Shown: positions 24,350-38,195, numbered from the whole stretch's first letter. The stretch is DNA of 63,428 bases, filler included, from Octopus bimaculoides (GCF_001194135.2; 5 parts of 5 records of this genome joined end to end with filler, not necessarily neighbours in it); one strand, 5' to 3'. Translations and numbers: made by a program. Notes: generated by a model not told the origin, from the letters alone.

Positions 24350-25525
24350 NNNNNNNNNNNNNNNNNNNNNNNNNNNNNNNNNNNNNNNNNNNNNNNNNNN
24401 NNNNNNNNNNNNNNNNNNNNNNNNNNNNNNNNNNNNNNNNNNNNNNNNNATATATGCATGTATATGTACATATATATACGATGTAGCAATAGAATTTGTA
24501 AGTTTTTCATTTCACTTTTGGTATCTTCGATGTTGACGCCGGAAACAAAACAAATTTTCAATGAAAGACGCTTTCCAAAGCACACACATACACGCACACA
24601 TACACATGCACACACCTACACGCACACATTTATTTATATTGAGGCCCATACAAACATATTCCTATTTACATGCACATAAGCAACCACAAACTGAAGGCTG
24701 AAATTTCGACTTAAACGGGACATACCATTTGTTGCACTGGATATGATTTGCTTTCTCGATCATTCTATACGAGCTCCCGTTTCGAGCGTAGGACTTTCAT
24801 TCTGCTGTCTTCATAACGCTCAGCTAATGTTTTTTTTATATACCCAAGTTCTGATGATCAAATTTTATTTTCACCTTTTTCTACTTGGTAAATCTAACCA
24901 ATATATATATATATATATATAAAAATATATATCTGATTGAATCCTCTGTGTGCTAACATGCGCCACCTAACGGCGAAGTAAACTTCCTTTAATCAAGAGA
25001 CCGTTGGCCTGAAGAATAGCCTGTGGTAGACACCTCGCTTGGATATTTGCCACTTCCGAGGTTCCACTCTATTATGAAACATGTGTAGCTCGGATTTTAT
25101 CCACTCGATGCCTTAACTTTCAGCCGTGAAATATAAGATAATTTTTTTTCAGCTCATCGTAATTCGATATGGGAAAAATTCACACCCTTCCGCACCAATA
25201 AACCACCAAACGTCTTGAAAGTATTTTTAAAAATATTTTATATGGATTGCTTGAAACTCACTTACTTTCTACACCACGATCCTTGGATCNNNNNNNNNNN
25301 NNNNNNGCTGAAAAGTTCCTGACTTTGGATTAAAAAAATACAATAGGATCAGTTAATTACGATTTTATTCGACAAATTCCCATCTCAGAGTCACACACTT
25401 ATTGCAGCGCTTCTGCAGTTTTTCTAAGCCCTGTAAAAGAACTCAGAAGGTTGGGCCTCCAACCAGGCCTTTCGTGATACCCTTAAAACCATATATCTAA
25501 TACGTTATATGTATTTATATATATA

Positions 25526-25735
25526 CAGTAATCCCTCGCTATATCGCGGTTTATTATTTAAGCTTACGTCGATTCCTCCGTGGTGTTATTTTGCATTTAT
25601 AATAAAATAAATATATACAAATTATGATAATAATAATACAAAAATATACAGTACAGTACTGTTTCTCCTTCGCGGATTTTCATCTATCGCGTGGGGTTTT
25701 GAAACGTAGCACTCGCGATAGTCGAAGGATTACTG
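25526..25735. mobile_element. Tigger/pogo-type MITE (copy 2)
   Basis: TA|CAGTAATCCCTCGCTATATCGCG ... CGCGATAGTCGAAGGATTACTG. Confidence 0.85.
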
Positions 25736-26432
25736 CACACTTGTTCCACTATTAATTATTCTCCTTCATATATTCCACTATATTTCTTACCTTTTATATC
25801 CACCTTACTGAGAGGTGTTACCTATGTACTTATTACACAGCGTGCAGGTGTTTTCTTTATTTAAGCAGAACAAAAAAAGTAAAATTTGAAATAACGGATG
25901 GAAAATTTAAGAAGGTAAAAATTTGTTGACGCCATCTCATGTCTGTACAAAAAATACAGTTCTTCAGGAATTTTTGCAATGAGAGTGAATACTAATTCTT
26001 ATGTATATTTGTAGCTTTATCACTGTGTCGAATATATTGTAAATTCGCAGCTTTTTGCATAAACTAAACCTGCTGTCCCTTGAAAACCTTCAGCATATGC
26101 ATTTAGTCTATTTATAAGATCATATGCCCATGTGTAAATACGCATATATTTTGGAAGTTTTGAATTCATAGACATGTACAACATTTGTGAAATTAGATAG
26201 AGCACCTATTACTGAAAATAATATAATGCGGAGTAACGAGTGAATCGTTGACTACAACAGATTGTAAATATTAAAAGTAATCAAACCTGTATAAGATTCG
26301 AGGAGGGATAAATATTATTTTCTTATTTTGGTGTTATTTTGGCATTTTTATTTGCATCTTCTTACTCTCATTAGCAACTTTCATCATGTACATATTTTAA
26401 ACAATTTCTCTAGCATTATGGATGTATATATA

Positions 26433-26472
<40 letters not shown>

Positions 26473-26572
26473 NNNNNNNNNNNNNNNNNNNNNNNNNNNN
26501 NNNNNNNNNNNNNNNNTTAATTAATTAANNNNNNNNNNNNNNNNNNNNNNNNNNNNNNNNNNNNNNNNNNNN
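26473..26572. other. Artificial scaffold spacer
   Basis: N44-TTAATTAATTAA-N44. Confidence 0.95.
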
Positions 26573-26910
26573 CACGCCTCCTTCCTTTAAACTGGAAGGA
26601 AGAACTGTATTTATCGTACTTGTGGCTATGGCCAAAGAATGCATCTGGTGGACTCGTCTGAAAGGATTAGAGACAAATACTTTCCTCTCTGGTCAATCTG
26701 TCATCAACTTTTTCAAGTATCACTTGAAAAGGAAGGTGAGAGTAGAGAGGCAAGTGTTGTCTAGCAAATGTTTCGAAAAAAGATGGATACATGTAGCAAG
26801 AATGGCACGTATAAATGACGAAGCCACCTTGACCATGATTCTATAAAACGTTTTAAAATTTTGTAAACAGAGAGTTACTCACGTTTCTTGCTTAAATAAA
26901 AGAAATTTTA
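26573..26910 (+). mobile_element. L1/Tx1-type LINE ORF2 C-terminus and 3' UTR
   Basis: TVFIVLVAMAKECIWWTRLKG...FFKYHLKRKVRVERQVL...KRW; similar to 62770-62990; AATAAA near 26895. Confidence 0.75.
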
Positions 26911-27189
26911 TTTAACAAACTGTAACGCTAAAGACCGAGGTTACCTTAATTAACTGTTGTATTACACAGCATTCGATGCAATTGTTTCTCTCCACTAAAT
27001 TTCTCACTGAAAGCATTGGAAAACTTTAGGCTCAAAGAACTGTTTTTGGATATAGAATCTGAACCGTACAGTTGCTCACCGGTCTATTTATAAATAACCT
27101 AAATTCTATAAGTCATTCCATAAAGACTATGTGAATTTCGTTAACTGATTTTATTTTCCTCATTCCTTATTCTTCGCAGTAGAAATTTC

Positions 27190-27332
27190 AATATGGTTTA
27201 GAAGATCATATCATAGCCACCACGTTTCGAGTTTAGTTCCACTGCTTGTCATCTTGGACAAGGGCCTTTTGCTACAACCTCTGGCTAACAGTTATCTAGT
27301 TACGAATCCCCTCAGGTGTGTATGCATACATG

Positions 27333-27366
<34 letters not shown>

Positions 27367-27700
27367 TGTATGCATGCATGTATGTATGTATGCATGTACG
27401 TGTGTTTGTATGTATGTATGTATGCATGTATGTATGTATGTATGTATGTGATGTATGTATCTCTCTCTCTCCCCTCTCTTTATACGACCCCATATATATA
27501 TACACACATATACACATGCAGGTAAGTATAAATCCCTATATATGTCCATCACATGTCTGTGTCTGTGCTTAAGCTCGTGTCTAGTAACTTAGAAGCCCCA
27601 TACATTAAAATAAATACACAATAAATACTGGGGTAGATTTGATCGACCAAACCCTTGAATACTACTACAGCTTACCCACAGTATAATGAGAGAAACTAGG
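27190..27700 (+). mobile_element. Degenerate SINE family D with internal (TATG)n
   Basis: Head-like GAGTTTAGTTCCACTGC..CTTGGACAAG and tail-like AATACTGGGGTAGATTTGATCGAC flank the microsatellite. Confidence 0.5.
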
Positions 27701-29306
27701 AGAAAAAAGTAACAGAAAGTGAAATAATGCCACCATCAAATCATCAAATATCAGACGATAAATCAAATAGCGAACTAAATCTAACTCAGGTGTGTACCTA
27801 TTACCATGCTATCAAGTTCTTTCGTTAATCACTATAAACGAGAAATCTGTTACATCATAATCTTTTTACAGTTTCATTTATTTTGTTTTTACTTGTTGCA
27901 GTCTAGTCTTCAGGTTGCGGTGCATATCAAAACAGCGAATATGAAGTTTAATCACAGTATATAAGCATGTAACTGGTACATGTTTTATCGACATCAGAAC
28001 GTTGATATATAAAGTTAACTTTGGCAGGATTTCAATTTGTCTTTCAAAAAAAAAAAAAATCCCAGTCATGTACCGAGGTTGAGTGGTTTAATTAGTTACA
28101 CTCCTTATTTATAAATTTGTGGCCTTGTGCCAAGATGAGACGCGATTATTTGTTCTCAGACCTAGTTTTGCTTTTTATTGACTAGACATGCTTCCTTGCT
28201 AAGCATATTAAGACCTCCACAGTGTGTGCCTGCAATTAATTTTCAGTCAATTGAGGCATTTAAACGAATAGGTTCCGCAGGCTGCACCTCTAATATCAGC
28301 ATTCATGCATATTTGGCAGCTATTTTATAGTTCAAAGAAACCACCACCCCTAATCGCCCCACTAATACTAGCAACAGCAGCAGCAGCAACAACAGCAGCA
28401 GCAACAACAACAGTACTGCTAATGTCACTGTTACTGCTGCTGTTACTGCCTGTTCTCTTCATTCTCATTCTCACTTTCTCACTTTACGTTCTCTTTTATC
28501 TTCGTGTCTTCTCTAATTCTCTCTTTCCTTCTCCAGTTCTTACCCTTTCCTTTTTACTCACGACTGCCTTCTCGTTCGCTCACCTTCTCTCTAAACTGTC
28601 TCTGTTTTCTCTCGGCATCAGCAGAAGTGGGTTTCACTTACAAAACATAAACAATAACACGAGGGATGCTACTCAGCTGTTTCCACTGCCACGAAGCCTA
28701 CACATACTCATATTAACCGTACTATTTTTGTAGTGCAATGATGTATCATAACAACAGCAATAGAAGCAAGAATTTATTTCTATCTGTCTCTTAGTACGTG
28801 TGTATGAAAATATACGCATGCATGCATATGTATGTATGTATGTATGTATGTATGTGTGTGTGTGTATGTATGTATGTATGTATGTATGTATGTGGGAGAG
28901 AGATAGAATGTATATAGATATGTGAGCATATTTATAAGAATGCATATGTATGCATGCTTGTATTTACGCTGTGTGCTATGCCTCGATGTGTGTGTATATA
29001 TTTGTGACATTGTGTGAACCCATGTACGTATATCTGTTACTATGTATGTACGTAAATACGTATGAATGCATGTATGTATGTTTGACTAAGAATACGCTAT
29101 AGTATGATAACTGTGGCAGGAGTAATAGCTTGCGTACGAATAAATACATAGCTAAGTATCTGTATTCTGGTTTGTGTATATATCTGCATGCACAATAATA
29201 TATACCATATGTAAATAATTTCAACTATACGTATGATCCCGTGGCTTCCTTCTCACATGCGCACATACTTCACATGAAATTATATGTAAATATTATGTCG
29301 TCGTCG

Positions 29307-29588
29307 TGGCACTTTGTCGGCGGTTGCGACAACGAGGGTTCCAGTTGATCCGATGAACAGAACAGCCTGCTCGTGAAATTAACGTGAAAGTGGCTGAGCA
29401 CTCCGCAGACACGTGTACCCTTAACGTAGTTCTCGTGGAGATTCAGCGTGACACAGAGTGTGACAAGGTTGGCCCTTTGAAATACAGGTACAACAAAAAC
29501 AGGAAGAAAGAGTGAGAGAAAGGTGTGGTGGAAGTGTAGAGCAGGATTCACTACCAGGCCCTGCCGGAGCCTCGTGATGCTTCAGGTG
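29307..29588 (-). mobile_element. SINE family B, 5'-truncated
   Basis: Near-identical to 6846-7130. Confidence 0.85.
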
Positions 29589-29973
29589 TAATATATATAT
29601 ATATATAATGTATAATTGATATAAAAAATGAAAAGGCAAAACCCATTTGACATCACTCGGAAAACATATAATTTGAATAGAGAATATAAACAAATNNNNN
29701 NNNNNNNNNNNNNNNNNNNNNNNNNNNNNNNNNNNNNNNNNNNNNNNNNNNNNNNNNNNNNNNNNNNNNNNNNNNNNNNNNNNNNNNNNNNNNNNNNNNN
29801 NNNNNNNNNNNNNNNNNNNNNNNNNNNNNNNNNNNNNNNNNNNNNNNNNNNNNNNNNNNNNNNNNNNNNNNNNNNNNNNNNNNNNNNNNNNNNNNNNNNN
29901 NNNNNNNNNNNNNNNNNNNNNNNNNNNNNNNNNNNNNNNNNNNNNNNNNNNNNNNNNNNNNNNNNNNNNNNNN

Positions 29974-30026
<53 letters not shown>

Positions 30027-30194
30027 ATACACACACACATACATTCATATACTAATATATTTGTGTGTCCACGTGTCTGTGAGTTTGATAATGTGCCAGT
30101 AGGCATTTACCGCGTGGATGGTCAGCAATGCGGCGATATAACCCTCTTCGCATACGACAGAAACAAATTCGTTTTTCAGGAATCTCTTTCTTAC

Positions 30195-30308
30195 CTTGCT
30201 ACATCGGACACCCTTAACGCAGAACAGAGTAAGATAAACAAATACAAGAACCCAACCGATTTCTGCTGAGACCTCAGATGTTTTCGAACTCAGCACTGCG
30301 TATTTCCT
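30195..30308 (-). CDS. Candidate 114-nt exon (RKYAVLSSKTSEVSAEIGWVLVFVYLTLFCVKGVRCSK)
   Basis: Acceptor TTTTGCAG, consensus donor AAG|GTAAGA, single open frame, hydrophobic segment. Confidence 0.3.
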
Positions 30309-31839
30309 CTGCAAAATCGGGATAACTGCTACACATCTGAGAAATAAACCTCGCGATGTGGGGTAACTGTTGCATCGAATGTCACTAACCTTTCTCTACG
30401 ACAATACTTTGTAATGAAGGTTGGTTCATATGAAATGATTTCACAAGGACTATTAGAAGCTTTGAACGAACACTGAAATACTCGCATAAAAACACGCACA
30501 CACACAAACGTTTCGTAGAAATACACATTCACTTTATTTTCTCTTTTCTCTTTCTCTGTTTGTCACTCTTTCTAAAAGCTTTTTAAATTCATATCAGTCA
30601 GTTGATGTTCTTGTTTTTTTAAAGAATATTATTTATTAACACACACACGTCGCGCGCGACGTACAAAGATCCACTTGCTACGGTGCACACAACTACATAT
30701 TTATTTACATGTTCGCCCTTTCGGCTTAACCTTTCGGCATCGAATCAATAAGGGAGCACCTACTCTGTAGCTTGACGTGCAAGAAACAGAAGTTAAATCC
30801 TATTCACATCACAACCAGCTGATAAATGTGTATAATATACACACATATGTATCTATGTACGTCTGAGTATAGGTTTACACAAACATACACAGACGTATAC
30901 ATACGTATATAGATACACACATAAATGTAACAATGTATATATGTATGCACATAGTATAAACATGCATACATCCGTGCACACACATATACATACACATATT
31001 GAAACACAGAATTCACACACACATATGCAAACATATAGACACACACACACACACATTTATACAAATACGTATATATACGCATACATATGTACTAATATAT
31101 TATATGTGTACACACATACAAATTTATATGCACGCACACAAGATATATCACTTGGCTTCATGGCGCAAACGAGGGCACTACTACACAGACGTTCGACACT
31201 CGACACATACGAAGGACATTTTAAAAATTTTATCTGTTTATAAAAATGAATCTTGGAGTCCGCATCCGCGTTAAGCATTACCGTATTCTGGATCTGGCCC
31301 GGAGACTGTGTTTTGGCTCTGCTCTAAACTATACCACAAACTAGTCACGCAAATTTTCCTCTTCCCCCAACTCATTGTTTTTTTCCCCTACTCATTACCC
31401 TATAAAAGTCGAATTAAAATCTACAACACAAGACTAAAACCTTTCTTACACACACAAACGAATATAAAATTTACATCCTTTTGCAATATCTGTTTCTAAG
31501 CTTAACTAGCAATACTGCAAACCCTGATCATGGTCGAAAATTACAACAATAATTCGTATAGATCGTTGACATTTGGGTGAAGGTCTATGTTTTAATCGTT
31601 TAATGATTGTTTAATATTCCTGAATATGTCAATTTTGAAGTGGTGATCTATAATCACAAAAAGATTAAAACATTAATCATGCACACACACACACGAATTT
31701 AAGCATGTAAGGATGTGTGTGCATTCATATATGTTATAGCATACACACAGGTATGTATACATGCATGCATATAGGAAATTAGTATAATGTTGTATAGTTT
31801 TGTTTTTTGTTCGTCTTCCACAACAGAACTGATATCCTA

Positions 31840-32100
31840 AGATCAAGATGTCACGTAAAAGGCACTGGTGTAAGCGCTGGTGTAAGCGCTGGTGCCACGT
31901 GAAAATCACGCAGTACACGCTGTAGAGTGGTTGGTATTAGGAAGGGCATTTGGCTGTAGAAACTAAACAAAGACAGACAAGGGAACCTGGTGTAACCCCT
32001 GGCCTTGCCCGTTCCTGTCAAGCCGTCCAACCCAAGTTAGCATGGAAAACTGACGTTAAATGGTGGTAGTGGTGCTGCTGATCCTGATGATAATAATGAT
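31840..32100 (+). mobile_element. RTE-related SINE family E, degenerate
   Basis: GTGGTTGGTATTAGGAAGGGCATTTGGCTGTAGAAAC...GCCGTCCAACCC..CATGGAAAACTGACGTTAAA. Confidence 0.65.
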
Positions 32101-32111
32101 CATAATGAAGG

Positions 32112-32161
<50 letters not shown>

Positions 32162-33240
32162 TCAATTGTAAATGTCAACTTTTCCGCTATATTCCTAACT
32201 CAGTTCTTTGTTTTTAATAAGAGAGAGTAACAGCTTTACCAATTTTTATCATGTCCTCATTTGGAGATTGTTGACTGTCTTTGACTTATGAATCATTGTT
32301 AGTTATTGTTACTTTTAGATTGGATCTTTTTGAGCAATGTTCACTCCATAAGTAGCGTGAAATATCACATTGGTTTGTGACTGATTTTGATGACGGTGAT
32401 TGACATTTGATATAATTGCATAAATAAATAATCATACACATTATACACTCTTCTCTTTGTTTGTAGAAAACTGAAGGCAAATATATTTGTTGTACTTTAA
32501 GTAACCAGTCTTTTACAGCTGCAATGCATTTTGATGCCTTTTTTTGTTTTTGTTATTCCAACTTTACCTCAAGAATGTAATCCCTCATGAAGTGTGAACC
32601 TAAAATTATGTTCCTCACGTATTAATGATGAGGTCACGCTATACTCCTAAAGCGTAATGAGAAGGCATTTTTGGTTGTAGGTACGATTTCGATTTTAGAT
32701 GTTTATATAGAAGCAATTTGCAATTCTTGATGTGGGAGATGTCTTTATTACGTCTAGCTTTGTGTGAATGCTAGTGTGGCAGAAATTAGAACAGATGGAT
32801 AGATATAAATCTAGGTTGACAGGTAAATTGCTTGGTAAGTAGCTAGATTGATAAGGATATGTACACACACACTCACAAATACAAACATATGTATATGCAT
32901 ATATTGGTACACAAATACATATATTTGGGGAGAAAGAAAGAGAAAGAAAATAATATAACCGGGGGATGCACAATGAAATCTATTATTTATGGTTTTGTGT
33001 AAATATTAATGTGAAAGTACAAATGATAGTCAATAGTTTGTAAGACTAGCAGCCGCTGGTTCGTATTTTGTTACTGACAGAGTTATGTCCTGAATTCAGA
33101 CTGATACTTCTCAAACACTTATCATTAATAGGGCCAAGAGGAAAATATCTTAGGAGGCTGTATTGCAGTAGCGTTTCACATACGTAATAGAATGAGTTGA
33201 AAAACTTCTATTAATTAAAAATATTCACGCAATTGATGCA

Positions 33241-33284
33241 AATCTCTCTCTCTCACTCTCTCTCTCTCTTTCTCTCTCTCTCAT

Positions 33285-33323
<39 letters not shown>

Positions 33324-33366
33324 GTTTCTCTCTCTCTCTGTTTCTCTCTCTCTATCTCTCTCTCTG

Positions 33367-33407
<41 letters not shown>

Positions 33408-33421
33408 TCCCTTCTCTCTCC
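33241..33421. repeat. (CT)n microsatellite, representative of many (TA)n, (TG)n, (TATG)n, (AAT)n and (TCTA)n tracts throughout the window
   Basis: Direct observation. Confidence 0.95.
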
Positions 33422-33566
33422 TTCTCTAAAGAAGACCTAATAATCCAAGAACAAGAGAGATAACCACTCAGCTGCAAAAGTGTACGTAGAAAGAACAACG
33501 TACTGAGAATAGCGTATCTCTGTTAAATTGACAACTTGCCAATCACTGTATTGGATAATATATACA

Positions 33567-33642
<76 letters not shown>

Positions 33643-34730
33643 TGTAAACTCGAATGTATGTATCTGTATAAGTTTATTTGTTAAATTTGGGATTAAAGTC
33701 TGAAGAATAAGTTCAGTAGAATAACACCATCCTTTCAATCCGCCCACCAACTTATGTTCTGTTTGTATAAAACACAAGTGAAGCAGTTGTTTTTTTTTTT
33801 ATGATTGTTGATAATTGCAGTTCGTGTTGGAAATTTAAGGAAGATTCATTGTTAATAAAGTAAGCCTGGCATTTTGTGTCAGGTTCCCTTGCCGGATTAT
33901 ACATGCCAGAGTTTCGCGTGCATATATATATATATATTTATAAATAATAATCTATTTACTTTTCTAGATAAATTCATGTGTTATAACACGTTATTTTATA
34001 TAAACATGTTTTTTCTTTTTTTTTTTTTTGCAATTATCCTTGTTATAATCATCTAAGCTACGGATTTTGTGCTTGTAAAATTATCGCCCATCGCTCTACT
34101 GCTTGCCTTTGGGAATGTAAAAAGCTTTGCTCTGCCTAGAGATTGTGCCGAAAAAGGTTATGTATTAGACAAGATTAAAAGGACTGAGAACATTGTTAAA
34201 AGTACTGTTTTTTCTTTGGCCAATCCTCTCCTTAATTCCTTCAAGTTTAACTTAGAAAAGAAGGTGAGGCAAAAAAGCTGTCACTAGCGATTGGTCTAAA
34301 TCTTAATATGTGCCCGTCAACAGAATACGAAAGCTGTGAGAGGCTACTTGTTCTTCAAGGTAATCTTCGATCTGTGGCAGGTGATTATATGATTGGCCAT
34401 GAGAGCGTATATTCATATTTAGATGGATCGGATTATTTCTTTTATGGTGTTGAGTTCTGATTTGTTTTACCTCAACCAATTCTCTGTAAAATCCCAACGG
34501 ATTTATAATTTGCCCTCGTAAAATATCCTCATTTACTGCTCTTTTGACAAATATATAATAGCGAATACTGTGAGTGATAGTTGTAATTAACATGGAGTTA
34601 CTACGCTGTGTTGCATTATTTTTTATACGAGCAATATGATATACTTACGAATACGTTATACGTCTTAGAGACACGTAAGTCAACTAAATAATGATTTCTT
34701 TATTAGTCACGCAGGGTTTAGTTAACTAAA

Positions 34731-34773
<43 letters not shown>

Positions 34774-34817
34774 AAATCTCTGAACGAGGTATTAACAGTA
34801 ACTGCACGATAAAGTGA

Positions 34818-35087
34818 AGTATATTTTCCACTTAAATGTGGCTGACCCCGAGGGGTGGATGTTACTGTTGCTTTTAGCCCCAGGAGGACATCTCCTCCAG
34901 CTGACTATCGACACGCATCTGTGCCCTGTCTGTATTTACCAAGGGAAGTTATCCTTCCCATCTTGATCTACGATACGTACGTACCCGAGTTTCAGGGTTA
35001 TTTCCCTTCTTCAGCGTACGACAATCGCCGACCTTCGATGCAAAAGACATCCCTTGGCAAATATATGTAACTTTCTCCAGCCACATT
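34818..35087 (+). repeat. Unclassified repeat, homolog of 35-298
   Basis: Direct match to the reverse complement of 35-298. Confidence 0.8.
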
Positions 35088-35171
35088 TATATACTATATA
35101 TATATATATATATAATAATATTTGCATACGTCTTGGAGAAGGAAACGTTTATTAAATAATATATATATAAT

Positions 35172-35212
<41 letters not shown>

Positions 35213-35439
35213 CACATCCATGTATATAACCACATGAGAAGCGTTGGAGATTTTTTTCCTCCGTCTTCCTTTTCTATTGGACTTTCCTCTGTTTTGGAAG
35301 AAGAGCTTTGCTCGAAATGTTAAACCATCTTTCTTTACTTTCCTTGCCTAAGTGACTGCTAATACTTTACATGCACCACATCCCCGCGTTGTTGTTTTTT
35401 GTGGTTTTTGTTTTTGTACTTCGTTTGTTTTTCGGGATT

Positions 35440-35480
<41 letters not shown>

Positions 35481-35775
35481 TGTATGTGGCCTGTGCCTTG
35501 TGATGTGTGGTACCTATATTATCGACCACAGGAAGATGCAATTGCCGTGTCGAGTTCGGTGGACACGTAATTCTAAAAATAAGAGTCAAACTCAACTGAC
35601 GCACCGCCTACCTATTTACCGCCCTCTTTTACTATAACATGATCCATGTAAGAATTAACTAGTATGATATCAATGATTGATAAATGATAGCGAAAACTTT
35701 CGTAAGAGTTTTTTCGCTATCAGTGAATTTGTCATTATTTTCGTTCTCAACGTGTGTAATATATTTTTCGAAGTA

Positions 35776-36148
35776 TGGCGTATAGCTCAGTGGTTAGAGC
35801 TTCCGGCTTTCGACTGTGAGGTTGTGAGTTTGAATCCCTGACCGGGCTGCGTGTTGTGCTCTTGAGCAAGACACTTTATTTCACGTTGCTCCAGTTCACT
35901 CAGCTGTAGAAATGAGTTGTGACGTCACAGGTGTCAAGCNNNNNNNNNNCTCAGCTGTAGAAATGAGTTGTGACGTCACAGGTGTCAAGCTGTATCAGCC
36001 CCTTTGCCTTTCCCTTGGATAACATCAGTGGCGTGGAGAGGGGAGGCTGATATGCATGGGTGATAAACAGCCTTGTTCGGACTTGTGCCTCGGAGGGTAA
36101 CTTTTTCGTTGCAATCCCATGGTCATTTGTGACTGAAGTGGGTCTCCA
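35776..36148 (+). mobile_element. tRNA-derived CORE-SINE (family C)
   Basis: TAGCTCAGTGGTTAGAGC A-box, GAGTTTGAATCCC B-box, CORE-like GTGTTGTGCTCTTGAGCAAGACACTT..CTCAGCTGTAGAAATGAG. Confidence 0.85.
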
Positions 36149-36350
36149 AGACGGTGAGCTGGCAGAATAGTTAGCACACCGGACGAAATGCTTAGCGGTA
36201 TTTCGCTTGTGTTTACGTTCTGAGTTCAAATTCCGCCGAGGTCGACTTTGCCTTTCATCATTTCGGGGTCGATAAATTAAGTACCAGTTGCGTACTGGTA
36301 TCGATCTAAATCTACTGGCCCCATCACTTGTGCCTAGAGTAGAAAAATAT
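36149..36350 (+). mobile_element. SINE family A directly behind the CORE-SINE
   Basis: Full family A consensus. Confidence 0.85.
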
Positions 36351-36612
36351 ATTTTTCGAAGTAATATCAGTTGTAGTTTCTCTCCTTTTATTTTTAAATT
36401 CTGCGATTTCAGTTTGAGTTCTTCAGTAATCATAATATCTACCGAATAAATTCATGGGATTGGAACGACATTCAGAACATTTAATGCAGTTATGTTGAGA
36501 TCAGGTTGATAAAGTCAAGCATTCTGATCTTGGGCACCGTATGACATTGTGCAAGGCAATGTATTTTTCTTAGCTTCAGTTCACTCAACCAGCCTGGTGC
36601 TGCTGCATCTAA

Positions 36613-36678
<66 letters not shown>

Positions 36679-36726
36679 GGTGACAAACAAACACACCCAC
36701 ATATATATAGGAGTGGCATAGGCCCA

Positions 36727-36949
36727 GGAGTGGCTGTGTAATAAGTAGCTTGCTTACCATCCACATGGTTCCTGGTTCAGTCCTACTGCGTGGTACCTTG
36801 TGCAAGTGTCTTCTACTATAGCCTCGGGCCGACCAAACCTTGTGAGTGGATTTGGTAGACGGAAACTGAAAGAAGCTCGTTGTATATATATATATATATA
36901 TACATACACACACACACACACATATATATATATACATATATATATACGA

Positions 36950-37020
<71 letters not shown>

Positions 37021-37225
37021 TGTGTGTGTCTGTGTTTGTCACCTCACCACCGCTTGACAAGCAATGTTGGTGTGTTTACGTCCCCGTAACTTAACGGCTC
37101 GGCAAAGAGACCGATAGAATAAGTACTAGGCTTACAAAGAATAAGTCCTGGGGTCCATTTGCTCGACTAAAGGCGGTGCTCCAGCATGGCCGCTGTCAAA
37201 TGACTGAAACGAAGAAAAGAATAAA
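36727..37225 (+). mobile_element. SINE family D, full length, internal (TA)/(CA)/(TG)n
   Basis: AGGAGTGGCTGTGT head, GGTTCAGTCC box, GTACCTTGTGCAAGTGTCTT CORE-like segment, microsatellite ~36870-37025, tail GCGGTGCTCCAGCATGGCCGC..TGACTGAAAC. Confidence 0.8.
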
Positions 37226-38151
37226 AGAATATATATACATATGTGGGCACAGGACGTCACGAAACGTGTACAAAACAAAAAATACAAACACGAGTACATG
37301 GAACATGAACTATTCTTTCGAACAACGAAAGACACGAATGGAAAACAAAACAAACAACATAAAGAACGACTCTTGATCAGTCGTTGGCTGTTTTTCTAGT
37401 CTCGTATTTCGAGCATTTAACAACAATATACGCTTTCGATAAAACAGATGCTCCCGTAAAGGACATTGGATAAAATTTGGGATTTTGCGGAGGGTCAAAA
37501 TAGGTAACACAAACAGGACAGTGAAAACAAACAGGAAGGGCTAAGCCTAAACGAGATTGTGGTGGTGAACGCGTAAATCAAGCTAGGACGGGAAACAAAT
37601 AAGAACACGTCTTCCTTGTTCCACCTACAATGGAGAGAAACAAAGAAAGATGGCCGATGGTCACGTGGGAGCTATGTGAGCAAGGGAGGAGGAACGAAGG
37701 AGAGAGAGTGACAGAGTAATAGGATAGAATAGTGGGAGAAAAGGAGGTAAAAAATAAGAGAGAGAGATAAACGAAAGATAAAACTTAGTCGGAAGAAGAT
37801 GCGTGGCGTTCAATCATATGTATGTATGTATATATGTATATGCATATAACGCACATTATATGGATTTAACCAGTCCGTTGGCATTCATTAAAAAACTCTT
37901 TTAATGGATCAGGTCACAAACCACACAGTAAAGCACACCGAAACAAATGAGTGTAATGTGTACTCGGATGCAGTTGGAATTCAATAAATCCAATTTGTGT
38001 TGAATGTTTTATTAGGAGTATATAAAATATAAAGAATGAGATGTGATATAAAATTAACATATTCATCTTATAAATATATTCATCGTATACCTACACTCTC
38101 TCTATGCGTGTGTGTGTGTGTTTGCGCATGTGCATATCTGTATATATATAT

Positions 38152-38195
<44 letters not shown>

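Noticed and set aside
24960-24974. CTCF-like GCGCCACCTAACGGC
   Set aside because: A single imperfect motif match cannot be supported without ChIP or conservation data.
34069-34593. ORFs 34069-34287 (+, signal-like start) and 34303-34593 (-)
   Set aside because: The + ORF starts at GTG, neither has a recognisable motif or convincing splice pair, and hydrophobicity is expected from AT-rich DNA.
34838-34895. HDV-like ribozyme in the 34818 repeat
   Set aside because: Only simple hairpins (GGAGGA/TCCTCC); I could not build the nested pseudoknot.
35899-35990. 41-bp direct duplication inside the CORE-SINE
   Set aside because: The copies flank a 10-N gap; this is overlapping contig ends, not biology.
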